Origin: Paludibacter sp.
Lineage (GTDB): Bacteria; Bacteroidota; Bacteroidia; Bacteroidales; Paludibacteraceae
Direction: 5' to 3'
Assembly: GCA_009781075.1 (NCBI GenBank)
Contig: WQYU01000001.1
Coordinates: 5,373-69,372 of the forward strand
DNA: 64,000 bases
Made by a program: the position numbers and the translations under genes. A model generated the notes under the pieces. The model ran no database searches. It saw only the letters and a program-made list of their open reading frames with translations, and was not told where the DNA came from. Numbering within the stretch: position 1 is the stretch's first letter; every line of letters begins with the position of its first letter. Below, one piece after another: positions 55,384 through 64,000 of this stretch.

Positions 55384-56028
55384 TTACATCCACGATACAT
55401 TTTCCTTAATAATTTTTGCAGGTACACCACCAACAAGAGTGTTTGGCTGCACATCTTTTGTAACCACCGCACCTGCTGCCACAATCGCTCCATCACCTAT
55501 TGTAACTCCTTTTAGAACAGTAACATTGAGTCCAATCCACACATGATTGCCGATTTTTATTGGTGCTGTTGTTTTAACATCGGCAGATGAGTCGTTATTG
55601 TTTATAAACTGCGATGTTTTTGCATTAATGTAATGGTCATCATTGTCTCTAATTGTTACATTTTCAGAAATTACTACATCATTTCCTATCTCAATTTTTT
55701 CAAAACAACTGATATTCAGATTATTATTTATATAACCACTTCCTAAAATCAAAACAGCGTTTTTCGTTACAGACAAATAAGCGCCTGAATAAATATCAAA
55801 AGTTCCATTCACTATCAGTTTGCTATGTTCTGCCATTTCAAACATAGTTGAAGAATAGTTTCTCTTTTGCCAACTTCGATTTATGGAAAAATTTCCTTTG
55901 TTTAGAATGATACTTGCGGTTTTATGAATATTTAACGCAGTTTGAGGATAAACCCGTACAAAGTTCCGAAATTTAGGTGATTCGGTAAATAACTTCAAAT
56001 ACAATGATTTAACGATTGAATATTTCAT
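55384..56028 (-). CDS. Hexapeptide-repeat (LbH) acetyltransferase
   Basis: [35 protein letters not shown] hexapeptide repeats. Confidence 0.82.
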   Translation of the reverse strand: MKYSIVKSLYLKLFTESPKFRNFVRVYPQTALNIHKTASIILNKGNFSINRSWQKRNYSSTMFEMAEHSKLIVNGTFDIYSGAYLSVTKNAVLILGSGYINNNLNISCFEKIEIGNDVVISENVTIRDNDDHYINAKTSQFINNNDSSADVKTTAPIKIGNHVWIGLNVTVLKGVTIGDGAIVAAGAVVTKDVQPNTLVGGVPAKIIKENVSWM

Positions 56029-56233
56029 TTTATAAATGCTTATAAAAAAAATTTCGCAAAAATACTAATTATATTTCATTTCCTGCATCAATAAAAATTT
56101 GTTTGCGTATAAATTCTTCCATATTTTTTATGTAAATCAAAAATGGCACCTTGTATTTACATGTAAATTCAAAATTCGATTTTGCGAAAATCATATATAT
56201 TGTTAAAATTGCAGTATTTAAGGTTATTCTTAT

Positions 56234-57121
56234 TCAAAAAAACATTGTATAGCAATATGGGATTGCCTTTATATTATAAATTACGGACTTCAAAAAATGT
56301 TTTTGCGAGCGTTCAAATTTTGCCATTTGCATGAAATATGCAAAATTTAGTTTATGTAATTGACTAATTGTTAAATTTTTAGCAGCAGTATTATGATTTT
56401 TTCTACGAATGTATGCCGCTTTTTCCGCCGTATGTCGCCAAAAAAGGTTTCGGTAACGCTTTTGATAGTCCCACGAGGCGTTGTGGTCATGTTTGCGATA
56501 GAAATAAAGCAGTTTGTCCACAAATAAAACAGGGGCAATTTCCTCCATTTTCAAATACAAATCCATATCTTCTGCCACGATATAAGCGGGATTTATTCCT
56601 GTTGTCTTGTCATAATCTGCACGCCTATTCACCGCAAAAGCCGAAATATGCCCACCTGTAGATGTCAGATGCGATTCTCCATCAGGAATTTTGCCAGCCC
56701 AGTCAGTAATTTCATGTGGCTCAAGGTTTTCATCGCAAAGATAGTGTGTGCAATAAACAATGCTGTATGTATCAATATTTTGCAAATGAATGTCCATTAA
56801 TTGTTCTACAGCATCGGGAGTAATGGTATCTTCTGGGTCTAAAAAAGCAAAATATTGCCCGTTGGATTTTTCAATACATTGCCGTTTTATGCTGCCGCAA
56901 CCGCCCGAATTATTTTTATTTTGAATAAATTTTATATTAAAATTTTTATTTTTTAAAATAAAATCATTAATAATTTCAACCGAATTATCGGTAGAAGCAT
57001 CGTCAATAATAATAATTTCGATATTATTATATGTTTGATTAACAGCCGATTGCAAGGTCTGATTAACGTATTTGCCATTGTTAAAATTTGCAACTAAAAG
57101 CGAAACCAAAGGTTGTATCAT
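56234..57121 (-). CDS. Glycosyltransferase family 2
   Basis: I start the gene at the internal ATG (MIQPLVSLLVANFNNGKY). IIIDDASTDNS and DPED motifs are present. Confidence 0.82.
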   Translation of the reverse strand: MIQPLVSLLVANFNNGKYVNQTLQSAVNQTYNNIEIIIIDDASTDNSVEIINDFILKNKNFNIKFIQNKNNSGGCGSIKRQCIEKSNGQYFAFLDPEDTITPDAVEQLMDIHLQNIDTYSIVYCTHYLCDENLEPHEITDWAGKIPDGESHLTSTGGHISAFAVNRRADYDKTTGINPAYIVAEDMDLYLKMEEIAPVLFVDKLLYFYRKHDHNASWDYQKRYRNLFWRHTAEKAAYIRRKNHNTAAKNLTISQLHKLNFAYFMQMAKFERSQKHFLKSVIYNIKAIPYCYTMFF

Positions 57122-57235
57122 TGTTGTATTATAAAGAATCAAAATGAAAAATTGCAAAATTACAATCTTTTTTAAAAAAAATTGTAATTACGAAAAAAAC
57201 ATGTATTTTTGCGCCACAAAAGAATTTAAAATACA

Positions 57236-57535
57236 ATGTTACTTTCTATCGAAAATTATTTGCTCACTTGCCCGAGCAAGCATGTTCTGGGATTTGATTG
57301 CCCAGGTTGCGGATTTCAACGCAGTATTGTTGCCTTGTTTGAGGGCAGATTGTGGGAAAGTTTGACACTCTATCCGGCAACCATTCCGTTTTTCTTTTGC
57401 ATGATTTTCACATTGTTACATTTGAAATTTGGTTTTAAGCATGGAGCAGCTATAATCAAATGGTCATACATTTTTGCCTCATTTATTGTTCTTGCATTTT
57501 ATATATACAAAATACTAACTCACAAAATTTTTTAA
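57236..57535 (+). CDS. DUF2752 domain-containing membrane protein
   Basis: CPSKHVLGFDCPGCGFQRS motif. Confidence 0.8.
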   Translation: MLLSIENYLLTCPSKHVLGFDCPGCGFQRSIVALFEGRLWESLTLYPATIPFFFCMIFTLLHLKFGFKHGAAIIKWSYIFASFIVLAFYIYKILTHKIF

Positions 57536-57538
57536 AGT

Positions 57539-57892
57539 ATGGAAAACAATAATTTTAATGGAATGCAAATCTCTCTGCCAAACGCTTCGGCTGTTCTGGT
57601 TTTGGGAATAATATCAATTCCAGTGTGTTGTTGCTACGGTTTTATAAGTATTATTTTAGCGGTTATTGCTTTGATTTTGGCAAAAAATGCTGCAAAACTT
57701 TATGCTGCTACTCCTGAAAACTTTCTTGAAAGTTCTTACAAAAATCTCAAAGCGGGAAAAATTTGTGCAACTATCGGTCTGATTTTGGGCATAATTTACA
57801 TAATTTTATGCATTGTTGTTATTCTAATATTTGGATTATCAGCACTTTCCAACCCAGAGCAATTACAGGAAATTTTGAAACAATATCAATAA
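57539..57892 (+). CDS. CCC-motif membrane protein
   Basis: Two TM helices with IPVCCCYG. Confidence 0.72.
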   Translation: MENNNFNGMQISLPNASAVLVLGIISIPVCCCYGFISIILAVIALILAKNAAKLYAATPENFLESSYKNLKAGKICATIGLILGIIYIILCIVVILIFGLSALSNPEQLQEILKQYQ

Positions 57893-57933
57893 GAGATAGA
57901 GTATGGAAAACGCTATGTTTGTTGTAGCGTTTT

Positions 57934-58947
57934 TCATATCAACTCAACTTCCGTCTCCAAATCGATGTCAAATTTTTTCTTGACGCTTTTTTGAATTTCT
58001 TTGGCGAGTGAAAGTATGTCAGTGCTTGTTGCATTTGCCTGATTTACAATTACTAACGGATTTTTTTCATATACGCCGGCATCTCCAAAAAATTTCCTTT
58101 TCCAACCGCACTGCTCAATAAGATATGCTGCCGGAATTTTTACAATATCTTCATTTATAGGAAAATACGGCATTTTGGGAAAATCTTTTTTTAAACGCTC
58201 ATATTGTTTGGAAAAAATATAAGGATTCTTAAAAAAACTGCCTGCATTGCCCATAATTTTTGGATTTGGCAGTTTGCCCTCGCGTATGGAAATTATTGTT
58301 GCTCTGATATTTGTAAGATTTATTTCAGAATAATTTTTTAAAATTTCCTGTTCCAAATTTGTATAATTCAAATTGAAATTCGGCTTTTTTGAGAGGCAAA
58401 ATTCCACTGCGGTAACAATTTTTTCCCCTTTCAAGTCGTTTTTAAAAATGCTTGTACGATAGCCGTAATTACATTGAGAATTTGTAAATATTTGTTTTTC
58501 AAGTGTTTTAATATCAATAGTTTCCACATTTCGTACAATGTCTGAAATTTCTGCGCCGTATGCACCTATATTTTGCACTGCTGCGGCGCCAACTTCGCTC
58601 GGAATAGATGAAAGATTTTCTGCACCACAATAATTATTTATTACACAATAATTTACAAAATCGTCCCAAATAACTCCACTGCCTACACGCAAAAGAATTG
58701 AATTATCATTTTCTTCCGTCACTGCTATAAATTTTATTTGCGAATGAAGTATAACTCCTTGAAAATAAGAAACAAATAGCAAATTATTACCTCCGCCAAT
58801 GTGCAAAAGTTTTTCATTTTTCACAATATCGCTTTCAAGCAATTCGCGCAATTGTTCAATACTTTGATAATCAGCAAAATACTTTGTTTGTACATCAATT
58901 CCAAAACTATTGTACGGCAAAAGTGAAATATTATTTAAAATATTCAT
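57934..58947 (-). CDS. murB: UDP-N-acetylenolpyruvoylglucosamine reductase
   Basis: FAD-binding GGGNNLLF and the C-terminal GNAGSFFKNP and AAYLIEQCGWKRK motifs. Confidence 0.93.
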   Translation of the reverse strand: MNILNNISLLPYNSFGIDVQTKYFADYQSIEQLRELLESDIVKNEKLLHIGGGNNLLFVSYFQGVILHSQIKFIAVTEENDNSILLRVGSGVIWDDFVNYCVINNYCGAENLSSIPSEVGAAAVQNIGAYGAEISDIVRNVETIDIKTLEKQIFTNSQCNYGYRTSIFKNDLKGEKIVTAVEFCLSKKPNFNLNYTNLEQEILKNYSEINLTNIRATIISIREGKLPNPKIMGNAGSFFKNPYIFSKQYERLKKDFPKMPYFPINEDIVKIPAAYLIEQCGWKRKFFGDAGVYEKNPLVIVNQANATSTDILSLAKEIQKSVKKKFDIDLETEVELI

Positions 58948-58949
58948 TA

Positions 58950-59216
58950 TCAGGAAATTACTTTTGCTTTTAAAAGCGAATTAACAAAACCTTCGGCATC
59001 GACTGTTGCCTGCTCATGGTCAACCTCAAAACGCTCAACAAGTGCAGTAGCAATATCTTCAACCGTAAATTCTTTGCCCACAAACTCATTGTAGAGCCAT
59101 TCGGCAGTTGTATTAAACGATACAACCTTTGTCAAATCGACGCCTGCCTTCCCCTGCATCACAAGTATCTTTTCTCCTGCTATCTCACGGATTTTTAAAC
59201 CATCTTTTATCTTCAT
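58950..59216 (-). CDS. PqqD-family (RRE-like) small protein
   Basis: I start the gene at the internal ATG (MKIKDGLKIREIAGEKILV...). The NTTAEWLYNEF...TVEDIATALVERFEVD pattern is typical of PqqD-like proteins. Confidence 0.68.
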   Translation of the reverse strand: MKIKDGLKIREIAGEKILVMQGKAGVDLTKVVSFNTTAEWLYNEFVGKEFTVEDIATALVERFEVDHEQATVDAEGFVNSLLKAKVIS

Positions 59217-59376
59217 TTTTTTGTTATAAGTTAAAAAAATCAATTATTTATTTGTAAAAAATTTTAAAATTCTGTCTTTTTGCTAAATATTTTTAATAAA
59301 TTAAAAAATATTTTGACAAAGATAAATTTATTTTTTAATAAAACACACAAAATAATTGTTTTTCATTGAAAATTAC

Positions 59377-59384
59377 TACTTTTG
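59377..59384 (+). promoter_or_regulatory. -7 promoter box (TACTTTTG)
   Basis: It lies downstream of the ORF-track start (59356), which argues for the ATG at 59404 as the real start. Confidence 0.45.
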
Positions 59385-59403
59385 CAATAATATTTTATCT
59401 TTA

Positions 59404-60318
59404 ATGATAAATAAAATGACAGATAATTTTCATGATATAGAAAATCGCTCACGATTAGTGGGTTCCGGCGGCTCTTTCGTAGTCATTACTTTATTGTTTT
59501 TACTGCTTTTTTTTACGTATTTGCCTAAAATTCAACAACATATAGAAGAAGAAGGCATTTTAGTCAGTTTCGGAGATTCGTATGACGGCGGCGGCACCGG
59601 CGGCGATTACGGCGGCTCGGCAGGCGGCAATTTGAATGAAGGCGGTTATGCAACACAACAAATTGCAGAACAACCGATTGCACAATCGGTTACACAATCG
59701 GTTGTACCTACAAATAATGCTAATAATGTTGCTACGCAAGACGACCATTCGGGTGCCTATGCACAGCAGCAGGCGGCAGAAGCAGCACGCCAGAAGGCAA
59801 TTGCCGATGCACAGGCGGCACGAGTAGCAGAGCAACAACGTCAGCAGCAGGCAGCAATTGACAAAGCCAATCGGCTTGGCAGTGCATTAGCAGGCAGCGC
59901 ACAATCGGCTCAGGGCAGCGGAACAGGATTTGGAAGCGGTAGCGGAACTGCAAACGCATCGGGTAATGGCTCAGGCAATGGTACAGGCTCCGGCAGCGGA
60001 GTCGGCACAGGAGACGGCAACGGACGTCAGGGAAATCCCGCAGGACGCGGAAATCCAAACGGCTCGTGGTCGCTGCAAGGAAGAGAACTTGTTAAAACTT
60101 CATTACCAATATACAATAGTAATATTGAAGGGAAAATAACTGTTGCTATAACCGTAAATTCTCAAGGAATAGTCGTAAGTGCTACAATAGGAAAGCCGAC
60201 AACAATTTCCGACAATACGATGCGTAATGATGCGATTGCCGCTGCAAAAAAAGCCGTTTTTTCAACAGGTACGGACAACGTAAACGGAACAATTACTTAC
60301 GATTATAAATTGAATTAA
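59404..60318 (+). CDS. Energy transducer TonB-like protein
   Basis: N-terminal TM anchor, a long low-complexity G/S/A/Q/N linker and a C-terminal TonB_C-like domain (GKITVAITVNSQGIVVSATI...). Confidence 0.75.
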   Translation: MINKMTDNFHDIENRSRLVGSGGSFVVITLLFLLLFFTYLPKIQQHIEEEGILVSFGDSYDGGGTGGDYGGSAGGNLNEGGYATQQIAEQPIAQSVTQSVVPTNNANNVATQDDHSGAYAQQQAAEAARQKAIADAQAARVAEQQRQQQAAIDKANRLGSALAGSAQSAQGSGTGFGSGSGTANASGNGSGNGTGSGSGVGTGDGNGRQGNPAGRGNPNGSWSLQGRELVKTSLPIYNSNIEGKITVAITVNSQGIVVSATIGKPTTISDNTMRNDAIAAAKKAVFSTGTDNVNGTITYDYKLN

Positions 60319-60369
60319 TTATTCTTTTTGTAATAATTTTTATTGAAAAATAAATACAATTACGGTCAG

Positions 60370-61428
60370 ATGAAAAAAAATATATTAATAACAGGAGGTG
60401 CAGGTTTTATTGGCTCGCATGTTGTGCGGCTGTTTGTTAAAAAATATCCCGATTACAGAATTATCAATCTCGATGCGCTGACTTATGCCGGCAACCTCGA
60501 AAACCTAAAAGAAGTTGAGAAGGAGGCGAATTATATTTTTGAAAAAGGTGATATTACAGACGAAAAATTGGTATCTGCTCTTTTTGTGCAGTATAATTTT
60601 GATGGCGTTATTCACCTTGCAGCCGAAAGTCATGTCGACAGGTCGATAGCCGAACCGATGGCTTTTATCAAAACCAATGTTTTTGGTACTGTCAATCTGT
60701 TAAATGCCGCCAAAGAATCGTGGAAAGGCAAATATGAAGGTAAACGTTTTTATCACATTTCGACAGATGAGGTTTATGGTGCATTGGAAAAAGACGGAAC
60801 ATTTTTTACCGAAAACACAAAATATGCTCCTCATTCGCCTTATTCGGCATCAAAAGCGAGTTCCGACCATTTTGTACGTGCTTATCAAGATACTTACGGG
60901 TTGCCTGTCGTAATTTCAAATTGTTCCAATAATTACGGTGCAAATCATTTCCCCGAAAAACTTATTCCTCTTTGCATTAATAATATAAAAAATAAAAAAC
61001 CTATTCCTGTTTATGGGAAAGGCGAAAATGTGCGCGATTGGCTTTGGGTTGAAGACCATGCCCGTGCCATTGATATTATTTTTCACAACGGCAAAGACGG
61101 CGAAACGTACAATATCGGCGGCAACAACGAATGGACAAATATTGATTTGATACGCTTGTTGTGCAAAATTATGGACAAAAAACTTGGGCGCGTTCAGGGA
61201 GAATCCGAAAAACTTATAACTTTTGTTACCGACCGCGCAGGGCACGACCTCCGCTATGCTATTGATGCGTCAAAATTGAACCGTGAACTTGGCTGGAAGC
61301 CGTCTCTGCAATTTGAGCAGGGATTAGAAAAGACGGTTGATTGGTATTTGGCTAACGAACAATGGTTAATCAACGTTATCAACGGTCAATATCAGCAATA
61401 TTACCAAAAGCAATACGGGAACCGATGA
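60370..61428 (+). CDS. rfbB: dTDP-glucose 4,6-dehydratase
   Basis: I start the gene at MKKNILITGGAGFIGSH. YSASKASSDH (YxxxK) and RPGHDLRY-like (RAGHDLRYAID) motifs are present. Confidence 0.93.
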   Translation: MKKNILITGGAGFIGSHVVRLFVKKYPDYRIINLDALTYAGNLENLKEVEKEANYIFEKGDITDEKLVSALFVQYNFDGVIHLAAESHVDRSIAEPMAFIKTNVFGTVNLLNAAKESWKGKYEGKRFYHISTDEVYGALEKDGTFFTENTKYAPHSPYSASKASSDHFVRAYQDTYGLPVVISNCSNNYGANHFPEKLIPLCINNIKNKKPIPVYGKGENVRDWLWVEDHARAIDIIFHNGKDGETYNIGGNNEWTNIDLIRLLCKIMDKKLGRVQGESEKLITFVTDRAGHDLRYAIDASKLNRELGWKPSLQFEQGLEKTVDWYLANEQWLINVINGQYQQYYQKQYGNR

Positions 61429-61610
61429 TTTTAATCATAATCATTTCTTTTTAACAGATTAATTTCCGCTTTTAAATCTTCAATTTCACCTTTCCACAAG
61501 ATTTGTATGCTTGTGGAATAACTGAGCATTGCTCATGTTTTTTGTCCACAAAACAACAATAATAAAATTTTAATGATTTTAACAATATTACAATATTGAA
61601 AAATAAGAAA

Positions 61611-61802
61611 CTTAAGGCAAATTTTAGCACAAACTTTTGAGGTAGATTATCCTGAAAACGGCGTTGTGTTGGATATTTTATGGGTGCAGGAACAACAGCA
61701 GTAGTAGTAGCCCGCGAACTCGGCAGAAAGTATATCGTAAATAGAATAAAACCCAGAATATGTAAAAATTGCTGAAAAATGTATGGAAACGGCTCATAAA
61801 TA
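61611..61802 (+). pseudogene. DNA methyltransferase C-terminal remnant (N6/N4 beta-class), multiply frameshifted
   Basis: Pieces from three frames join to ...PENGVVLDI / FMGAGTTAVVVARELGRKYI / NPEYVKIAEKCMETAHK*. This is the AdoMet motif FxGxGTT followed by the typical tail. No N-terminal catalytic half is present. Confidence 0.55.
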
Positions 61803-61971
61803 AAAGAGAATTTTGCAAAAATATATAAATGTTCTGCAAAAATGCGCAATATTTTTGCAGAGTTTTGTCGTTTAGAATAAATGAAGTACTTTTGTACAAA
61901 TTCAAGTAAAATTGCAACATTTCATTTTTCCGATTATAAATTCTTATAAATGGTATTATATCTGGGAATTT

Positions 61972-63327
61972 TTAAATATCTGCTGCCGTTTTGAATTTTC
62001 TTATTTGAGGAATCAACATAAAAAATGCTACAATAGAGGCAACAGCGTCTGAAATTGGCATTGCCCACCATACTCCGTTTGTACTCCATATTGTGGGTAA
62101 AAATATTAATAGTGGAATTAAAAACAGCACTTGCCGCGTCAGTGAGAGGAAAATTGATTTTTTTACCATTCCCATACTTTGAAAGAAATTGGAGGTAACC
62201 ATCTGAAAACCTACAATTGGGAAAAAGGCAAACACAATTCGCATCCCATTTGTGGAAAGATTGACCTGATTAGAGTCGGGGGTGAAAATCGAGGCAATAT
62301 GATGCGGTATAATTTGTGCCAGCAAAAAACCCGCACTCATGGCTAAAGTTGCAAAAAACACTGTTTTATTGAAAACGACAATTACACGGTCATATTTTTT
62401 TGCACCATAGTTATATCCGGCAATTGGCTGCATACCCTGATTTAATCCGATAACAATCATCACAAACAAAAAGGCGATTCTATTAACAATGCCATACGCT
62501 CCTACGGCATCATCGCCGCCAGTTTGGCGCATTCCACGAGTGATTAAAATAACTATTACACAAGCAGCGGCATTCATTAAAAATTGCGATAATCCTATTG
62601 ATAAAGAATCAATTACTATTCGTTTTTGGAGTTTAAGCCCGTCGAGAGTGAATTTTAAGAAACTATCTTTTCTCTGAAATAAACTGTATTGCCAAATGAG
62701 CATAATACATTGAGAAATGATGGTTGCCAATGCGCTACCGCGTATTCCCAATTTCAAACCGAAAATAAATAACGGATTAAGAATCAGATTGATACCAACG
62801 GTTATTAAGGTTGAATACATTGCTTTTTCCGGTCGTCCTGAGGCACGTAAAACAGCATTCAATCCATAATAAACGTGGCTAAAAACATTTCCAAACAAAA
62901 TTATCTGCATAAAATCGCGCGAATAAGGCAAAGTTTGTTCGCTTGCGCCGAAGAACAGCAAAACGGGGTCGAGCACAAAGTAGAAAACAACAGCAAAACT
63001 TGCACCTGTTATCAAATTTAGTACTACAACATTTCCTAAAATCTTATTTGCAGATTCGTAGTCCTTTTGCCCCATACGAATAGACAGTAGCGTAGATGCG
63101 CCAATACCAACCATTGCTCCAAAAGCGGCAGCAAGATTTATCAATGGGAAAGTAGGTACAAGCCCGGAAATAGCATCTTTACCCACACCATGTCCGATAA
63201 AAATACTGTCGGTAATATTATAAATTGATGCCGCCGTCATTGCAATAATTGCAGGTACGGCATATTGAAACAACAAAGTACTAATTTTTTCTGTGCCGAG
63301 AGAGGTTATACTTGTATTCTTTTTCAT
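61972..63327 (-). CDS. MATE-family efflux transporter
   Basis: 451 aa, 12 TM helices, N-terminal pattern LLFQYAVPAIIAMTAASIYNITDSIFIGHGVG. Confidence 0.88.
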   Translation of the reverse strand: MKKNTSITSLGTEKISTLLFQYAVPAIIAMTAASIYNITDSIFIGHGVGKDAISGLVPTFPLINLAAAFGAMVGIGASTLLSIRMGQKDYESANKILGNVVVLNLITGASFAVVFYFVLDPVLLFFGASEQTLPYSRDFMQIILFGNVFSHVYYGLNAVLRASGRPEKAMYSTLITVGINLILNPLFIFGLKLGIRGSALATIISQCIMLIWQYSLFQRKDSFLKFTLDGLKLQKRIVIDSLSIGLSQFLMNAAACVIVILITRGMRQTGGDDAVGAYGIVNRIAFLFVMIVIGLNQGMQPIAGYNYGAKKYDRVIVVFNKTVFFATLAMSAGFLLAQIIPHHIASIFTPDSNQVNLSTNGMRIVFAFFPIVGFQMVTSNFFQSMGMVKKSIFLSLTRQVLFLIPLLIFLPTIWSTNGVWWAMPISDAVASIVAFFMLIPQIRKFKTAADI

Positions 63328-64000
63328 TAAAATCCACTTTCGTCAACTGTAAAATTCAAGAAACGATTCATAGGATAGCCAGTTTTTGCTATTCCGGTTA
63401 CAATGTGCATAAAATCAGGGGATTGCAAATTGACAACAGTAAAGTTTTTGCTTACAAGATAATGCCTTAATCGCAGAAAATAACCGTTTGAAAAATCTTT
63501 CGCAAATTCACGCGGAACGGTCTTTAGCATGTCCTGCTCGTACCAACCATCATCAAAAGTTTGTTTAAATTGTTTTTGCGTTACAATTTGGGTCCATTCG
63601 TCGATATTTTCAAAAATACTTGTACGCAATAATTTTAGCAGTTGCGGGTCGGGTTGCCACACTCCGACTGAAAAAAACGGACCATCCGGATCAATATGAA
63701 GATAATATCCGGCATGCTCACTTTTCCTTCCTCCTTTTGCCGCAATATATGTCCCCAAATGCGTTTTGTATGGTGTTTTATCATACGAAAAACGCGTATC
63801 GCGGTATATGCGAAAAATACAATCTTTGGGCTGCAAATCGACAATACCTTTATCAAACTGCCCGATGTTGTTAATGAGCATTTGCGTAAGTTGTTCAAAT
63901 TCAACTTTTAATACAAGATAACGTTCCTTATTAGTGTTGAACCACTCACGATTATTATTTTTTTTTAATTCCGTAAGGAATTTTAAAGCAGCATTGATAT
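63327..64000 (-). CDS. DUF2461 (TIGR02453) family protein, 5' end runs off the window
   Basis: FRIYRDTRFSYDKTPYKTHLG and AGYYLHIDPDG are present. The frame stays open upstream of the ORF-track Met to the window edge (...LKFLTELKKNNNREWFNTNKERY...). Confidence 0.82.
   Translation of the reverse strand, partial: INAALKFLTELKKNNNREWFNTNKERYLVLKVEFEQLTQMLINNIGQFDKGIVDLQPKDCIFRIYRDTRFSYDKTPYKTHLGTYIAAKGGRKSEHAGYYLHIDPDGPFFSVGVWQPDPQLLKLLRTSIFENIDEWTQIVTQKQFKQTFDDGWYEQDMLKTVPREFAKDFSNGYFLRLRHYLVSKNFTVVNLQSPDFMHIVTGIAKTGYPMNRFLNFTVDESGF

Noticed and set aside
61472-61920. Minus-strand ORFs of 125 aa and 80 aa in the rfbB-MATE gap
   Set aside because: They are Phe/Leu/Ile-rich translations antisense to the methyltransferase remnant. 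They have no promoter box and no recognisable motifs.

Overview
Low-GC chromosomal segment that looks like Bacteroidota, probably Bacteroidales-like. Three things point that way: TAnnTTTG -7 promoter boxes sit 20-60 nt upstream of many start codons, one protein carries a T9SS-type C-terminal sorting domain, and the gene content includes NigD-like, DUF4494, CCC-motif and LptD-like proteins. About 85 percent of the window is ordinary housekeeping coding sequence: RNase E/G, PBP4, lgt, rpsT, tRNA-Glu, ribF, adk, an acyl-CoA ligase, KtrAB-like K+ uptake, an LptD-like protein, rocD, class I fumarase, eno, ftsK, murB, rfbB and a MATE pump. No rRNA, CRISPR array, cas gene or intact mobile element is visible. 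Five kinds of accessory or unusual content stand out. (1) A single 728-aa gene at 44543-46729 is wedged between fumarase and enolase and encodes an Mrr-like PD-(D/E)xK nuclease, a NACHT P-loop NTPase and a C-terminal pentapeptide-repeat domain. This is my best candidate for an uncharacterised NLR/STAND-type antiphage system. (2) A repeat-rich 3.3-kb islet at 21376-24670 is bracketed by a perfect 28-nt direct repeat. It holds a PIN-domain gene pair in toxin-first order and a BspA-type LRR surface protein. The T9SS sorting domain of that protein is thrown out of frame inside a (GTTACGA)n heptanucleotide tract. The islet also contains iteron-like 21-bp repeats, GC-rich REP-like palindromes and two 115-nt multi-hairpin direct repeats. 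(3) Two unrelated palindromic elements of about 225 bp lie in intergenic DNA. (4) There are decayed mobile or R-M remnants: an IS5 deletion derivative, an IS110 stub and a DNA methyltransferase stub. (5) A 29-aa bS22-like basic ORF is missing from the ORF track. All functional calls rest on motif recognition by eye, since no database search was possible.
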